A stretch of DNA of 64,000 bases from Octopus vulgaris (Eukaryota), in contig OX597814.1 of assembly GCA_951406725.2 (NCBI GenBank), positions 49,352,001 through 49,416,000 of the forward strand, in the 5' to 3' direction. Of the stretch, positions 1 to 12,255 are shown piece after piece (the first letter of the stretch is position 1; the number at the start of each line of letters is the position of its first letter). The notes beneath the pieces were generated by a model, which did not search any database, was not told the origin of the DNA, and saw only the letters and a program-made list of their open reading frames with translations. The position numbers and the translations under genes are program-made.

Positions 1-51
1 GTATACCTTTAGTACAGCCATTGTCAACACTAAGCACACTGTTTAAAGTTC

Positions 52-372
52 CTACCTTTTCCTTTTCTGCATATCAAACACAGCCATTTTCTTGATAGCA
101 GCAGCGTTGTCTTTCTCTTGATGTAACAAAATTTTAGTTTTGGCAAAGTTTACTTTAAGGTTTATCAATTTTTTGGTTTGCTTCCATGTCTGGAGTTTCT
201 TCTTCAAATCTTTCACAGATTCTGCTTTATGAACAAGGTCATCAACGAAGAGGAATTCCTGTGGATATCCAGTTTTAAACTCCTCATTTGTGACTTGGAG
301 GACTGCTATAAACAGGGGGAATGGGGAGGACTGAGCCTTAACAAACTCGTATCTATGTACTAAATTCATCAC
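52..372 (-). mobile_element. RTE-type LINE reverse transcriptase fragment (degenerate)
   Basis: Translation SSPFPLFIAVLQVTNEEFKTGYPQEFLFVDDLVHKAESVKDLKKKLQTWKQ...NFAKTKIL aligns by eye with the YADD region of the RTE copy at 32585-32960. Confidence 0.75.
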
Positions 373-1121
373 TGAACTGATTGTTATCTCTCATTTTGCT
401 GCCTACATCCCTGTACATAGTTTGTTTGACTCTTGCAAATCATTCATCAACCCCTAGCTTCCTTAACACTCACCAGATGAGAGAATGAAAGACCTGCTCC
501 AGGTCAATGAATACCAAGTATAAAGACTTACTCCTTGCTAAATAATTCTCCTGAAGTCATCACACTAAAAAGATGGCATTTATGGTACCTGTCCCTGGCA
601 CAAACCTGAACTGCATCTCATCCAAGCTAATCCTATCTCTAATCAGTTTTATCTGCTTTAGAAAAGCTATTCATGGTAACTCAGGTTGCCCATGAACTTA
701 ACTAAGACATTTATGTGAGAGGCTTCTGTACAGTTTTCATCAAACAAATCCCACCCACAAAGCACTGGTCACAATCAGGGTAGAAAATGTATGACCAATG
801 TGCAATGCAGTGGGATTGAACTTGTTAACCACTGAGCCATGCCTGCATCTGTTTGAACCAAGACTACCTTCAGCCTTTACATTTTGTTGGGGAGGGAAGA
901 GTGGTAGGTAACTCAATGAATAAAGCATTGGATTATCGACTTAAAGATAAGTAGTTCACATACTGTCACAGATGGTGCATTGTAACTGCAGTCAAAACAA
1001 CATCTAACCTACAAATGTTTCAGTCCACCTTGCTATAAATAAGCACCAAACAATACAGAAGAGGAAAGAAAATTACTGCTGTTGTCTGGTAACAAAGAGT
1101 GGAAAAGTTCATTGCTCATGA

Positions 1122-1325
1122 TGTTTAAATTCAAGTCAACCCTGATCCAGAGTACCTAGAGTAAAAAATGTTCCAGCTATGACCATCTTGTCTTTTGGAG
1201 AAAGACTGTCTAATACTACAGTATTTAATGTATCCTTTCCTTATTTAAGACAATAAAGTCTGACTTGAGGAAAATTTTCTTCCTATTTCTAGAAAGCCAA
1301 GTAACCATGTAGTAGCTCCCTCATA
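1122..1325 (+). repeat. Old dispersed repeat (SINE-like); related copies near 8420-8600, 21853-22056, 29755-29940, 35900-36010 and 63560-63700
   Basis: Shared motifs ttccagctatgaccat...tttggctgctatttctagcagg...ccatgtagag(a/g)ctccctc recur in these copies. Boundaries are approximate. Confidence 0.5.
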
Positions 1326-2584
1326 CTCATTGTTGTAAGCAGTAGTGGTAGCACTGAAAAATTATTAGGTTGCAGTGTGTTGAAAACCTATTTCCTACTG
1401 TTAGTGTGCAGGCATAGGTAAACACACACTGACAGAAAATTGATGTATAAAGGAATAAATTCACAGTAATAAAGAGCTCTACTAATAACAGGTTATTGAA
1501 AATTCTGACAGTTTATTAAATTGTAGTAAATCTAAGTAGGACCAACTTGCATGCATATTTGTAATCTACTAGAATAGTTTTTAAGAGCAATACAATTAGC
1601 AGAAAAACAGAAAAGCATTAATTTTATTTATAGCTCCCACTTTCTTGTATTCAACAGCTGTTTCATTAAGATAAATACCACCAAGTGTATAATTACATAA
1701 TTAATTTTAAAACTTTGTTTACACAAATCATCAGGAAAGTTATTTTATGTTAATAAGAAAACTTCCTGGTTTAAATATTTACATTGAGACAGAAAAAAAA
1801 AACAACACAAAGAAGAAGAAAAACAACCTAAATATATGGATGAGTAAAAATAGAAATACATATATGAGGTTTTCAAGCACCACCCACATCTTGGTGAAAC
1901 TGACATCTAGAAGTATTGTCTGCATGTATATGCAGAAATGGGCACCTTAGTCAAACTCCTCCAAACATATTCCCCCCACGACCCATCATTTCTTTCACTG
2001 TGATCTCCCTTCTCCTTGAGACCACTCTGTTTTCCTTGCTACATAGAACCATTTCACCAGTTAGCCATTCTTTATCCATTAATTATTGTACTTTTCTCCA
2101 CCCCCACCCATGTTATAGTGATTCATCCCCCCATCACTGACCCTTCAAATTATATCCCCTCATGCACTACACCTACATCTCTCTCTCCCTCCCTTTCTCT
2201 TGGTTTCTCCTCACACACACACACCCAAATCCTGTAGCCTATCCATCCACATGTCATTTCTCTCTATCATCCTCTTGTAAACTGTTTCATTACTATCCTG
2301 CCACTCTCCCCCAAACTCTTCTACTTCCTTGACTTTCCCAATTCATGCAACATGGGTCATCCATCACTCACCTAAATCCACCCTTCAGTGCTACACAGTC
2401 TTTAAAGTAGTTGCCTACCTCCTATCGGCCCATCTCTTGCTCACCCATACACTCTTGCAAAATCCCACCACCAACACTGCATTCCTTGTTCCTCCGTCCC
2501 AGTACTCTCCTGCACACCTTATACCTTGACAACAAACCACCTGGACTTGCAGTTCTTACTGATCATTCAATCTGTCTGTCTGTC

Positions 2585-2588
<4 letters not shown>

Positions 2589-2652
<64 letters not shown>
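2589..2652. repeat. (CT)n microsatellite
   Basis: Direct run of tc repeats. Confidence 0.95.
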
Positions 2653-2655
<3 letters not shown>

Positions 2656-2754
2656 AAAAGCAAGTAACCCTATAGCACCTCTACAAGAACCTGCTCTCCA
2701 TTCCCTCCTTCCCTTTCATACTTTAACCGTCCTCATCTTTTCACACCGAACCCT

Positions 2755-2975
2755 ACTGTCTTGCAAGCTGAATGGTGACTTCATTAGTACTGATGGCATG
2801 AAAAAAAAAGCATCCAGTACATGCTGTAAAGTAGTTGGCATTAGGAAGAACATCCAGCAATAGAAACCATACCAAAGCAGTCACAAGAGTGCAATGCAGT
2901 CTTTGGATCCATCAGATCCTGTCAAACCATCCAATCTATGCCAGCATGGAACACAATTGTTAATGATGAGATGGA

Positions 2976-3016
<41 letters not shown>

Positions 3017-3240
3017 TACATACATACATACATACATCACCATCATCATCAGCATCATCATCATCAGCATCATCATCATCATTGTTTAACATCCATTTTC
3101 CATATAGGCATAGGTTGGACGGGTTGACATGGAGCTGTCCAGGCTCCAATTGTCTGTTGTGGCATGGTTTCTACGGCTGGATGCCCTTCCTAATGCCAAT
3201 CACTTATGGAATGTGCTGGGTGCTTTTTCCTTTCCACTCC
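2755..3240. mobile_element. Two tail-to-tail copies of an RTE-related non-autonomous element joined by (TA)/(TACA)/(CAT) microsatellites
   Basis: The + copy has ...gttggcattaggaagaacatccagc...ccagcatggaacacaattgttaatgatgag. The minus copy reads catcatcattgtttaacatccattttccat...ggctggatgcccttcctaatgccaa on the + strand. Confidence 0.7.
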
Positions 3241-3350
3241 AGGCACAAGGCCTGAAATTTTGGGGGAGGAGACCAGTTGATTAGATCGACCCCAGTATGC
3301 AACTGGTACTTAATTTATCGACCTCGAAAGGATGAAAGGCAAAGTCAACG
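3241..3350 (-). mobile_element. tRNA-derived SINE family C fragment (conserved cctttcatcctttcggggtcgataaa domain); other copies at 4949-5165(-), 20745-20960(-), 39845-39975(+), 47776-47965(+), 53657-53868(-), 60627-60805(+), 63215-63340(-)
   Basis: Recurrent ggcacaaggcc...gggggaggg...tcgaccccagt...tcgaccccgaaaggatgaaaggcaaagt. The + copy at 47776 shows A-box/B-box-like ggtgagctggcagaa...gagttcaaattcc. From memory, the central domain resembles that of the Sauria/Meta-SINE group. Confidence 0.7.
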
Positions 3351-3682
3351 AATAATAAAAAATAAAATTGACTGACAGCTTGGTATCCCACAGTGGAAAT
3401 ATACATACATGCATACACACATATAAATATATATATAATGATTACTGAAATTGTTATGAAACTGAAGTAAAATAAGCAAAGTAAAACCCACCCACTGAAT
3501 GTGTAAGATTATCTTGCATTGAAAGTGGAATTAGTTTAACAGTAAAGCATTTTGACCGTATTTTGAAGTCCAGAATGGACCAACACACTCTGATATTTGT
3601 TCTTTTACTCTGGGTACAAAGACAATTTTTGTTGAGAGAGGACTGAGACAACTGAATTAAGCCAGTTTACTACTGTTATATA

Positions 3683-3940
3683 AAAGGGTAAAGGATAAAT
3701 ACCACCTTTAGTTATGAATGACCATGGAATGCACCTAGAAAGTTGCCCTCTGAGACATAAGTCTGAGCGAGGTTGTTTTATGAGAGACTAGCAGTTGCCC
3801 ATGCATACTAGCCTCCCTTCTCCATGCCACCAATGTTATCCAAGGGTAAGACAAAGGCTGATACAGCTTAGCACCAGTGACATCACAACTCGTTTCTACA
3901 GCCAAGTGAACTGGGGTAACATGAAATAAACTGTCTTGCT
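3683..3940 (-). mobile_element. CORE-type SINE fragment
   Basis: The minus strand reads gcaagacagtttatttcatgttaccccagttcacttggctgtagaaa, matching the core of the SINE at 62027-62351. Confidence 0.5.
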
Positions 3941-4351
3941 TTCCCCTATTACAGATAGACACATTCACACACTTTCAGGAGTTGCCAGGTAAAGTTAATT
4001 TCAATAGCATTTGGTCTCGCAACATGAATGAATTTTAAAATAAGTACTGGAAGACATTTAGCGGAAGACAACCATTTCTGTCAGCTATGCCACTCTTTTA
4101 CTATTTTAATTAAAATCTTCCGGACAGAAGAATGACTCAAAAAGAGTGGTTCTTAACCTGGGCAGTAAGTGCCCCATGGGAGAATTGTAAGCTCCCAAGG
4201 GGACACTAGGTAGAATACTGAATATTCATTGGGGTTGCGAATTTTTCTAAGAAATATTTAAGCCAAGTACAATATTTGTGTGTGTATTTTATAACATTTC
4301 ATTTTTGGATTTGGTTTGCAAGATTCTTTATATGAGTTTGTGTGTTGAAGC

Positions 4352-4602
4352 ATATTCTGTTGTGTCTGGGGAGAGTCATTTCCTTTTTGTTCCTTATAAT
4401 TTAACACGCTCACCAGTAAAATTTCCACTTATTTCTTATTTTTATTTTCGTTGTTTCTTGCAACCTTTTCAATAGTCTTGAGTTAAGAATATTGAAAATT
4501 TTAGGAAAATAAAAATAAGAAATAAATGGAAATTTTACCGGTGAGTGTGTTAAATTATAAGGCACAAAAAGAAAATGACTCTCCCCAGACACAACAGAAT
4601 AT
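4352..4602. repeat. Long inverted repeat (foldback/MITE-like), ~98-bp arms at 4352-4449 and 4505-4602
   Basis: atattctgttgtgtctggggagagtcattt...ttatttttattttc is mirrored by gaaaataaaaataag...aaatgactctccccagacacaacagaatat. A partial copy of the family lies at ~55745-55825. Confidence 0.9.
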
Positions 4603-6059
4603 TTTATAACACATTTTCAAAAATGAATTTTTGTCAGGATTAAAATATAAATTGGATATTGTGTTACCAGTGAGCAAAAGCATGACTGACAATGTTAGTT
4701 TTCACCTTCTTTTATAATTTTCATAAAAATTTAACACGAGAGGCTCTAGTCCAAACAAATATCTAAAACAAACCACATGCTGGAAGGAATACTATAAGAA
4801 AGTAAAGATAATAAACATGCACGAATTTAGTTTCTCTTTGATTTACATAATCTACTGGGTTTTTTTATTATTATTATGGCATTAAATACCAAAGATTTGC
4901 TGAAGTTAAAGAAAAATTAGATAAGCATGATCTATTGGATGTGTAATATTGGTTTCAAATTTTGGCACAAGGTCAGCTATTTCAGGGGAGGGTATAAGTT
5001 GCTTACATCGACCCCAGTGCTCAGATGGTACTTATTTTATTAACTTCAAAAGGAGGAATGGCAAAATCAACCTCACTGAAATTTTAAATCTGAACATGAA
5101 GATGGATGAAATGTCATTAAATATTTTGCCCGGTGTATGAATGCTTCTGTCAGCTTGCCACTTTAATTGGAGGTATAATATTAATCTGTATGGAAGATGG
5201 AGATGAAGTTTCTAAGTTCTTATGATGTAAACACCATACAATTCTCTTTGGTAAAAACAAAGCTTCTGAAATGAATGGGGAAATTCAAAAGATTGCTTTG
5301 ATACAACGGTAGAATATCTATCAACTTTACAAAAGATGTGAATTTGTATCCCATCCCATGGGCAGCCTTTGATGTTTTCCATCCAAAGGATTTTTTAAAC
5401 CTAATATTTACACTATTTACACCCTATTATTTATAGCTTTATCTACTTTAGCTACTAAATTTCAATCATAAAACTGATTTATACTATATGATGTTTGGAA
5501 GAAAGATGACTTGAACTGGTATAAATAAGTGATGTGAATGGATTACAAATACTAGATGGGAAGAAGAACCATATGCTTTGAATGGGAGGTTTAACAACAA
5601 GAAAAAATATGGAATGAATGTAAGGTTAACTTTCTAAATGCCAAATTTCACAGATGAAATGACAAAAATAACTAAGAGTGGCATCAGACTTGGTGAATCC
5701 ATGGAGTAATGAAAACAGTTATTAAAACATTGGTGATAATAAGGATAAATGTAAATATCAATTTTACCATCAAGTGTTCCAGATTTTGTGACCTCATCTT
5801 ACCATTAAACTTCCCCAATAACTTTTGCTTAATAAAATATTCGTTTTGTATGACAAAGTTTAGAAAAAGGGAGAAAATGAGGAAGTTGATTTTTGTTTTT
5901 CTTCAAAAAAAGAAAAAAAATGTTTAAAAATATGATTGGGTGAAAAGATTTCAACCAAGAAGCAAAGGTGTATTTGAATTCAACCCACTTGGAATTTATC
6001 TCTACTTTTACAGTGTTTTTAAGAAATGATAGATATCAACTTTAATAACATAATTATAT

Positions 6060-6210
6060 TGGCGTTAGGAAGGGCATCCAGCCGTAGAAACACTGCCAGA
6101 TTTGACTGGGCCTGATGAAGCCTTCTGGCTTCACAGACCCCAGTAGAACCGTCCAACCCATGCTAGCATGGAAAACGGACGCTAAACGATGATGATGATG
6201 ATGATGATAT
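6060..6210 (+). mobile_element. RTE-related non-autonomous element 3' end with (GAT)n tail
   Basis: ggcgttaggaagggcatccagccgtagaaac...catgctagcatggaaaacggacgctaaacgatgatgatg. Confidence 0.8.
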
Positions 6211-6299
6211 AGCCTCAAATTTATTAAGGAAAACAAAAGGAGAAAGCCTTTGACAAGGTCCCTCACTCACTCATTTGTCGAAGGCAGGGATAGATAAAT

Positions 6300-7420
6300 A
6301 GCTGGTGAGAGCTGTCTTCATCATGTACAGAGGTACTGTCAGTAAGGTGAGAGTTAGAACTGAATAAAAGCAACAAATTTAGTGTACAGGTATGAGTTCA
6401 CCAGCACTTAGTTCTAAGTTCCGTCTTATTCATCATAATCTTTCCAGCCATAACAGAGGAGTTAACGCTGGTTGCCTGTGCAATCTCTGTGCTGATGACC
6501 ATGTTCTTAGAACTGAATCTGTGGTAGAATTAGAAAGGACATTCCAAGTGTAGAAGCAAAACCTAGAATCAAAGATTCTTAAAGTTAACTTAGTAAAGAC
6601 CAAAATTCTAGTAAGCAGGAAAACAAACAAACCACTAATCCCTTCAGGAAAATACCCCTGCTCATTGTATAGAAATGGTGTAGATAGAAATTTCATACAA
6701 TGTACCCAGTGCAAACTATGGACACATAAGAGGTACAGTGGAATCACAAGAAGATTAAGAGAGAAAATAGACTGTTTGTGGTAGATGCACAGGAACAATG
6801 AGCACTTAGAACACACAGAAAATATATTTTCTCGGATGCCCAGGAGGGTCCTTAGAAGCAGTACATATTTCTACCACCTATAGTGGAGGAAGTTGTTCTA
6901 AAAGTATAATTGTCAGAATAAGAAAAGAACAGAGAATGTACAGAATGATGTTACTTCTGTTTGCAACAAAAGTTCTCTCTCTCAAAGAGAAAGGCAGATT
7001 GTGTGATACTTGTGTACAAACAGCAATGCCACATGGTAGTGAAACATAGGCTGTGAATGCAGAAGACATAAGATGGCTTGAAAGAAATGAAGCTAGCATG
7101 TTCCACTGGACATGCAACATCAGTGTACATGTAAGACAAAGTGTAAATGTGTTTGAGATAAAAGTGGACATAAGAGGCATCAGATGTGGTGTGCAAGAGA
7201 GAGGACAGTTCTGATACGGTCAGGTGATATCGGTGAATGAGGACAGCTGCACAAAGAAGTGTTGACTGCTAAATGTGGATAGAATCTACGGAAAAGGAAG
7301 ACCCAGAAAGATGTGGAACAAAGTGGTGAAAAAATGATGCTGGGCTTCACAGAGAAAATGATAAGGACAGAGATGATTGGCATTTGCTGCACTTAAGAAG
7401 ACCTGTTCATCTAAGCAAAA
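6300..7420 (+). mobile_element. RTE LINE 3' half (degenerate RT plus C-terminal region)
   Basis: The nucleotide sequence is collinear with 32640-33376 (gctgatgacc, ccaaaattctagtaagcagg, tgtacccagtgcaaactatggacacataagagg) and carries many stops and frameshifts. Confidence 0.85.
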
Positions 7421-7794
7421 ATGAGGTCCTAAAGGTCTTCTTCTCAATTCATCTTCCTAACCCCCTCACCTACACTCATGTTCACCACTCACTGCATTCC
7501 TCCTCCCCTCCACCTCCTACTCTTCATTTGCATTCTTACAAGCTAACCTGCCCATTTACCCTGTCCAACCCTCTGTACCTATTCACTTATATTCACCTCT
7601 CTGTAACTTGAGGATACACCCTAACACATCTTCACCACCATTTTCTCTTTCTCTCCTCTCCGTTTTCTTTTCTAGTGGGGATAGCCAGGTATCTCTTCAA
7701 CAACAAGAGACTTGTTTCAGTCCCTCTATCATACTCCAACACCTCATCACCTGGCACAAAGCTACTTCCCTTAATACGACTCCTGCCTCAGTCA

Positions 7795-8004
7795 AGAGAG
7801 CTTGTCTTGCAAGTTACTTGGTGAGCTCACTGCTGTTGATGCAATGTAAAAAGCCCTGAGTACACTCTGTAAAGTGGTTAGCATTAAGAAGGGCAACCAG
7901 CTGTAAAAATCATATCAAAATAGAGAATAAAGCTTGGTTCACCAGCCCATCAAACCGTTCAACACACACCATCATGAAAAATGAACGTTTGATAGTGAAG
8001 ATGC

Positions 8005-8036
<32 letters not shown>

Positions 8037-8046
8037 ATGAGGCTGG

Positions 8047-8095
<49 letters not shown>

Positions 8096-8097
8096 GC
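7795..8097 (+). mobile_element. RTE-related element 3' end followed by (GCT)n(GAT)n microsatellite
   Basis: tacactctgtaaagtggttagcattaagaagggcaaccagc motif, then trinucleotide runs at 8001-8097. Confidence 0.7.
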
Positions 8098-8689
8098 TAA
8101 AGTGATACTTTTATACTTAACCGAAAATAATTTTTTTCCTCTGTGTGTTACTGAGATATTGAAAAAGATTTCTTAATTAAAGACCCAATTACAATAGTTT
8201 AAAGTTGCCCTGCAGCATCATTTATCACTGTCAATGTGACATGAGAACAAATCTAATACTATACCCATCCCAAATAATACTACTGTCCTATATCAAAATA
8301 GCATAAAACAAACGTTCTGATAAATGTTTCTTGTCAAGACAACCTTTTGTTATAATTGTATGAAATATACTTCCTTGTATAAGTTTGTAAATAATCGATA
8401 AGGTGTTTTTGTTTGTGTTATTTAATTCTATGTCAAACCTATGATTATAGGCGCTCCAGCTGTGACCATTCAACTTTTTTTTAACTATCAGGGTTTGAGT
8501 TGTCCAGTGTAACCTTTATTTAAGGTAACAGAGTGTGATTTTGGGGTGAGATTTGGCTGCTATTTCTAGCAGGGTTAGTAACTCCGTTGGCTCTTTATAG
8601 CCAACGTATAGGAGTGTTTGTGTGTGTATGTTAAGTATGAAAAAAATTTAATGGGAAAGCTAGAGATACTAAAAAGTATGACAAATACC

Positions 8690-9519
8690 ATATATGCCGA
8701 CTGATTCTAATAATGAATAAAGGATTTTCCCAAAAATTTCGACGTCTTTGCCTTGTGCGAATGAGTCATCATCTGGCAAAGCAGAAAAACCTAAGAGAGA
8801 AATGGTTGTTTTGTCTTTCTACTTTCATAACGCTAAAAAACCGACTTCGATTGCTGAAAAAAAAAGTACAACAGAAATAATAAAAAATCTAATTTTATTA
8901 AATGCAAACTGCATGTGATTTGACAGTTATTCCAGATTTTATTTCGATAAATTTCGTTGCCTAATTTTTCCATGAAGCTGATAAAAGTTGGTGAGAATAA
9001 ACCACAGTGAAGCAAAATTCAGAAAATAGTTTTATTATTGGAAAGGGAGAAATGACAATAAAGAAGACTTCGGCAGATGACAAGGATTTGTGATTTAAGT
9101 GACTACGAAGTTAATGTTTTGTGTCTGTGTGTTTGCTTTTTAATGAAAAATGGGAAAATTTGACAAAGTTTTGTAACTTTTCTACCGTTTTATCTCTCTT
9201 CACTTGGCTGTCACAAAAAATATTTAAATCGGTGATTTTTTTTCCCCCGAAAACTTGTCTGTGTTTTCGTTACGAGCTGACTTATGTAAATTTTGAAAAA
9301 AGTGTGAGGAATTATAGATGAGGTGGTAAGTGGGCCAAATCCTGTTTCACAGTGTCCTCTGTGAGAGAAGGGGAGGCAGTGCGTGTAAATGCAAAGTGTA
9401 ATTGAGCGAGTCGTTAACGACTACACGACAGTCATTTGGAAGGAAGATTTGACAAATCAGCTGCCTTCAAAGCTCGAAGTGGCTTAACATCTGGCCATCT
9501 TTCGACGACTTTGTCGATC
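8690..9519 (+). promoter_or_regulatory. Putative promoter/5' UTR region of PPM1H-like gene
   Basis: Repeat-free segment with visibly more CpG dinucleotides than the flanks, immediately upstream of the ATG at 9520. The TSS cannot be determined from the sequence. Confidence 0.4.
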
Positions 9520-9830
9520 ATGTCCAGCAGAGTTCGTCAACTTATTAGTAGTGTTTTTGGTACTTCTTCAATCAAATCGGATAATTTCCAACGCGTAAAT
9601 GGTTCCCGGCGCCTAACAGAAACTGAAGTAAATAATGGTTCTTCGACATCCTCACAACTTTTTTCCGGAACATCGGATACATCGACAGAATCTACCGCTT
9701 ACCCTTACACACGACCTACATTTCTCTTTATGGACTCTGAACAGGTAAAAGAGTCAAGAGATCAAATCAAAAGACCAGCGGTTATCCCTAATGACATCCA
9801 TAAGATTCCCATTAAGGCTGGCTATGCTGA
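9520..9830 (+). CDS. PPM1H: Protein phosphatase 1H-like (PP2C family), coding exon 1
   Basis: MSSRVRQLISSVFG...YPYTRPTFLFMDSEQVKESRDQIKRPAVIPNDIHKIPIKAGYA(E) matches the recalled PPM1H N-terminus (MLTRVK...FPYGRPEFL...DHIARPI...LPWATGYAE). Donor GA|gtgagt at 9831. Confidence 0.93.
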
Positions 9831-10120
9831 GTGAGTAAATTTTGTGTTCTTTTAAAAATAGTTCTATCAACTTTATTAGATATTATTTCACCAAGACTTC
9901 GATTGACTTCAGAGTATTGAACACCTTTCTAAACGAATATCATTCTGATTACAAAAGTGAAAACGAAGAAATTAACAATTATGACATGAATAATTTGTTA
10001 ATTAATCAGTTGTTAAGTTAGTAAGCCAAGTCATTTGACTATTTAATTGCATTTCAAGATTTCGGTGATATTTTAACGTTATATTTCTACATACACACAG
10101 CACCTTGCATGTTTGTATGA

Positions 10121-10160
<40 letters not shown>

Positions 10161-10161
<1 letters not shown>

Positions 10162-10271
10162 GACTGAAGGATTAGAGGCTTCGAGTGACCCGTCTGTTTT
10201 TTTGTGTCGTCTCTTTGTGTGTTTTTGCGTTCTTTGTCCCACTTTGTAATTTATATTTTATATTTAATTTC
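10161..10271 (+). mobile_element. Short T-rich retroelement 3' tail fragment inserted within (TA)n, probably Penelope-derived
   Basis: A CpG-containing, T-rich ~110-bp block flanked on both sides by (TA)n, the same architecture as 31021-31213. Confidence 0.4.
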
Positions 10272-10314
<43 letters not shown>

Positions 10315-11399
10315 ATGAAAAAATATTTATCATTTAGGTTCGGACTCATATTGGTTTGACGTCTGTACACGATAACAAACAACATCACCAAACTTTCTAT
10401 GATGTTGAATTTCCCGTTAAAATAGACGGAAGTGATGTTCCAAAGAGTAAACACCAAGGAGCGCCAGACAATGGCATTAATATATTCGTTGTATTTAATA
10501 ATTTTCTTCGCTGTTCCTACGTCTCATGCCGGATATCTTGTTTTGATAATATTTTTTTAAATAACAAAAGTACTCGAGTTTCGACAAAAATTATATAATT
10601 TTCAACCACAAATTAAACGAATCAGCTTTGTAGTGAAGTCTTTACATGATCGGTAGAAATAGCAGTCAAATCAGCTTTATTGTAGAATACCCAAACAAAA
10701 TAATGAAAGTAATGTGAATGAAAGCATAAGTGTTATACTTCAGCATTTTCTGAAAATTTAAATTACTATTGTTTCAGTCTCTCGAGGATGAAAATGTACT
10801 AATAAATGAAAACTAAATAAATTCATAAGTTTAAGGCAAACGAAATATATTAAATACGTTTGTATTTACTTCAATTGTCATCAGTATTTGGATTGAAAAC
10901 ATTAAGAAAAACTTCGTCAGGCAAGTAATGAGAAATGCAAAAGGAACATTTCTGTAAAATCTGAAATGCTGTTTAATTTTGTAAAGATCCATTTCATTAC
11001 ACATTCTAATATCACGAAAAGCGATATGATAGTGAAAGTTCTGGCATTGTACCCTTTCCCTACATCATAATGTTTTACTTTTATTGATAACAAGTACATA
11101 AATATAAGAGTAAAAATATGTTGACTGCATGTGAAATGACATTTTCATTTTAAAGGAATTAAAGCTGCATCATTTTAAATTTTAGGAATTGTACGAGGAA
11201 TTCCAGAGGTACTACATTCTAGTGGGAGGAAATATTGGGTGTAGTGGTTAATACGGGGTGGGAGGAGAATATGGGTCATGAGAGGAGGAGAGATGAGTGA
11301 TTGAACAAGCCAACTCGTAAACAGACGCTGCTGTATTAAGAGTTAAAAAGAAAAAGTAGAAAAAGCAGGGAGAGAAAGAGTAAATAACATATTCTGTGG

Positions 11400-12255
11400 A
11401 CCAGTGGTTGGAGTGTTAATGAGTAAATTCATGCCAATTAGTTGATGAGCATTTACTTAGAAGTAGTCAAGGATGTCTGTGTGTATGTAACAACATTGTC
11501 TCATGTGGAAATAGTACTCTAGTAGTGTAGACCTGCACTTCATAGAGAATTTTAGTTGGTGAGGACTGTAAAGATGACCAGTTTTTTAGTTGCAGATTTG
11601 GTTATGCTGAGGGTATTTACCTGGAGAGATTCTTAGTTATGTTGAAGCCTACCATTTGCATCAACCTTTATGGTTTTAGAGGTATGATGTTCATATTGGT
11701 GATAGTAGGGAAGTGGGATAAAGTTTATTGGTTGGCATAGCGATTGTTACTTTGTGCAGTTGAAGTAGACAAGATTAACAATACCCCCATTGGAGGCTGT
11801 TTTCAAGGTCCCTCTTCGTGGAACATTATAGATTTGGTGTCAGATGTCTAGACTGCATATGAATAATGTTTGGGTGTTAGAAGTGGGCATTGAGTTAACA
11901 GCAATTAAGTCATTAATGTGTAGGAGGAAGTGTATGAGGGACAAAAACTCAATCCTGGAACACATCAGAACTGATAGAATGAGGGGTCAGAGACAGCACC
12001 AGCAGCACATGCCAAAGTGATGGATGAAACCCATAGGTGAACTGTTTTCTCAAGAGATTTGTTTGCCAGAAACAGCTAAAAGCTTTTCTATTGTCAAAAA
12101 CTGCAACATTTTTTTTACCAAATTTTTCAAGGGTAAAATTCTACTGGTGCATGTCATAGGAGAGTGGATCTTTAGTAGATCTTGTTTTATGAAAGCTGTG
12201 CTGGTGATCATTAGAGAAAGAGAGAGATTCAAGGTGGTTGTTGTTATCCTCACAC
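11400..12255 (-). mobile_element. Degenerate LINE RT fragment (Jockey/CR1/L2-like, GVPQGS-type)
   Basis: Minus-strand remnants ...ctatgggtttcatcca (YGFHP) and cttcctcctacacattaatgacttaatt (FLLHINDL) match the copy at 42815-43159. Confidence 0.55.

Noticed and set aside
2411-3255. ORFs with SLSLSL, IYIYIY and HHHH tracts
   Set aside because: These are translations of (CT)n, (TA)n and (CAT)n microsatellites and SINE sequence, not genes.
6112-6135. ctgatgaagccttctggcttc resembling a hammerhead start
   Set aside because: No GAAA follows the stem. Other family copies read ctggtgcagcc, so this is a chance variant.
9436-9519. N-terminal extension of exon 1 from the ORF-track start at 9436
   Set aside because: That start is a TTG. 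Homology to PPM1H begins at the ATG at 9520.
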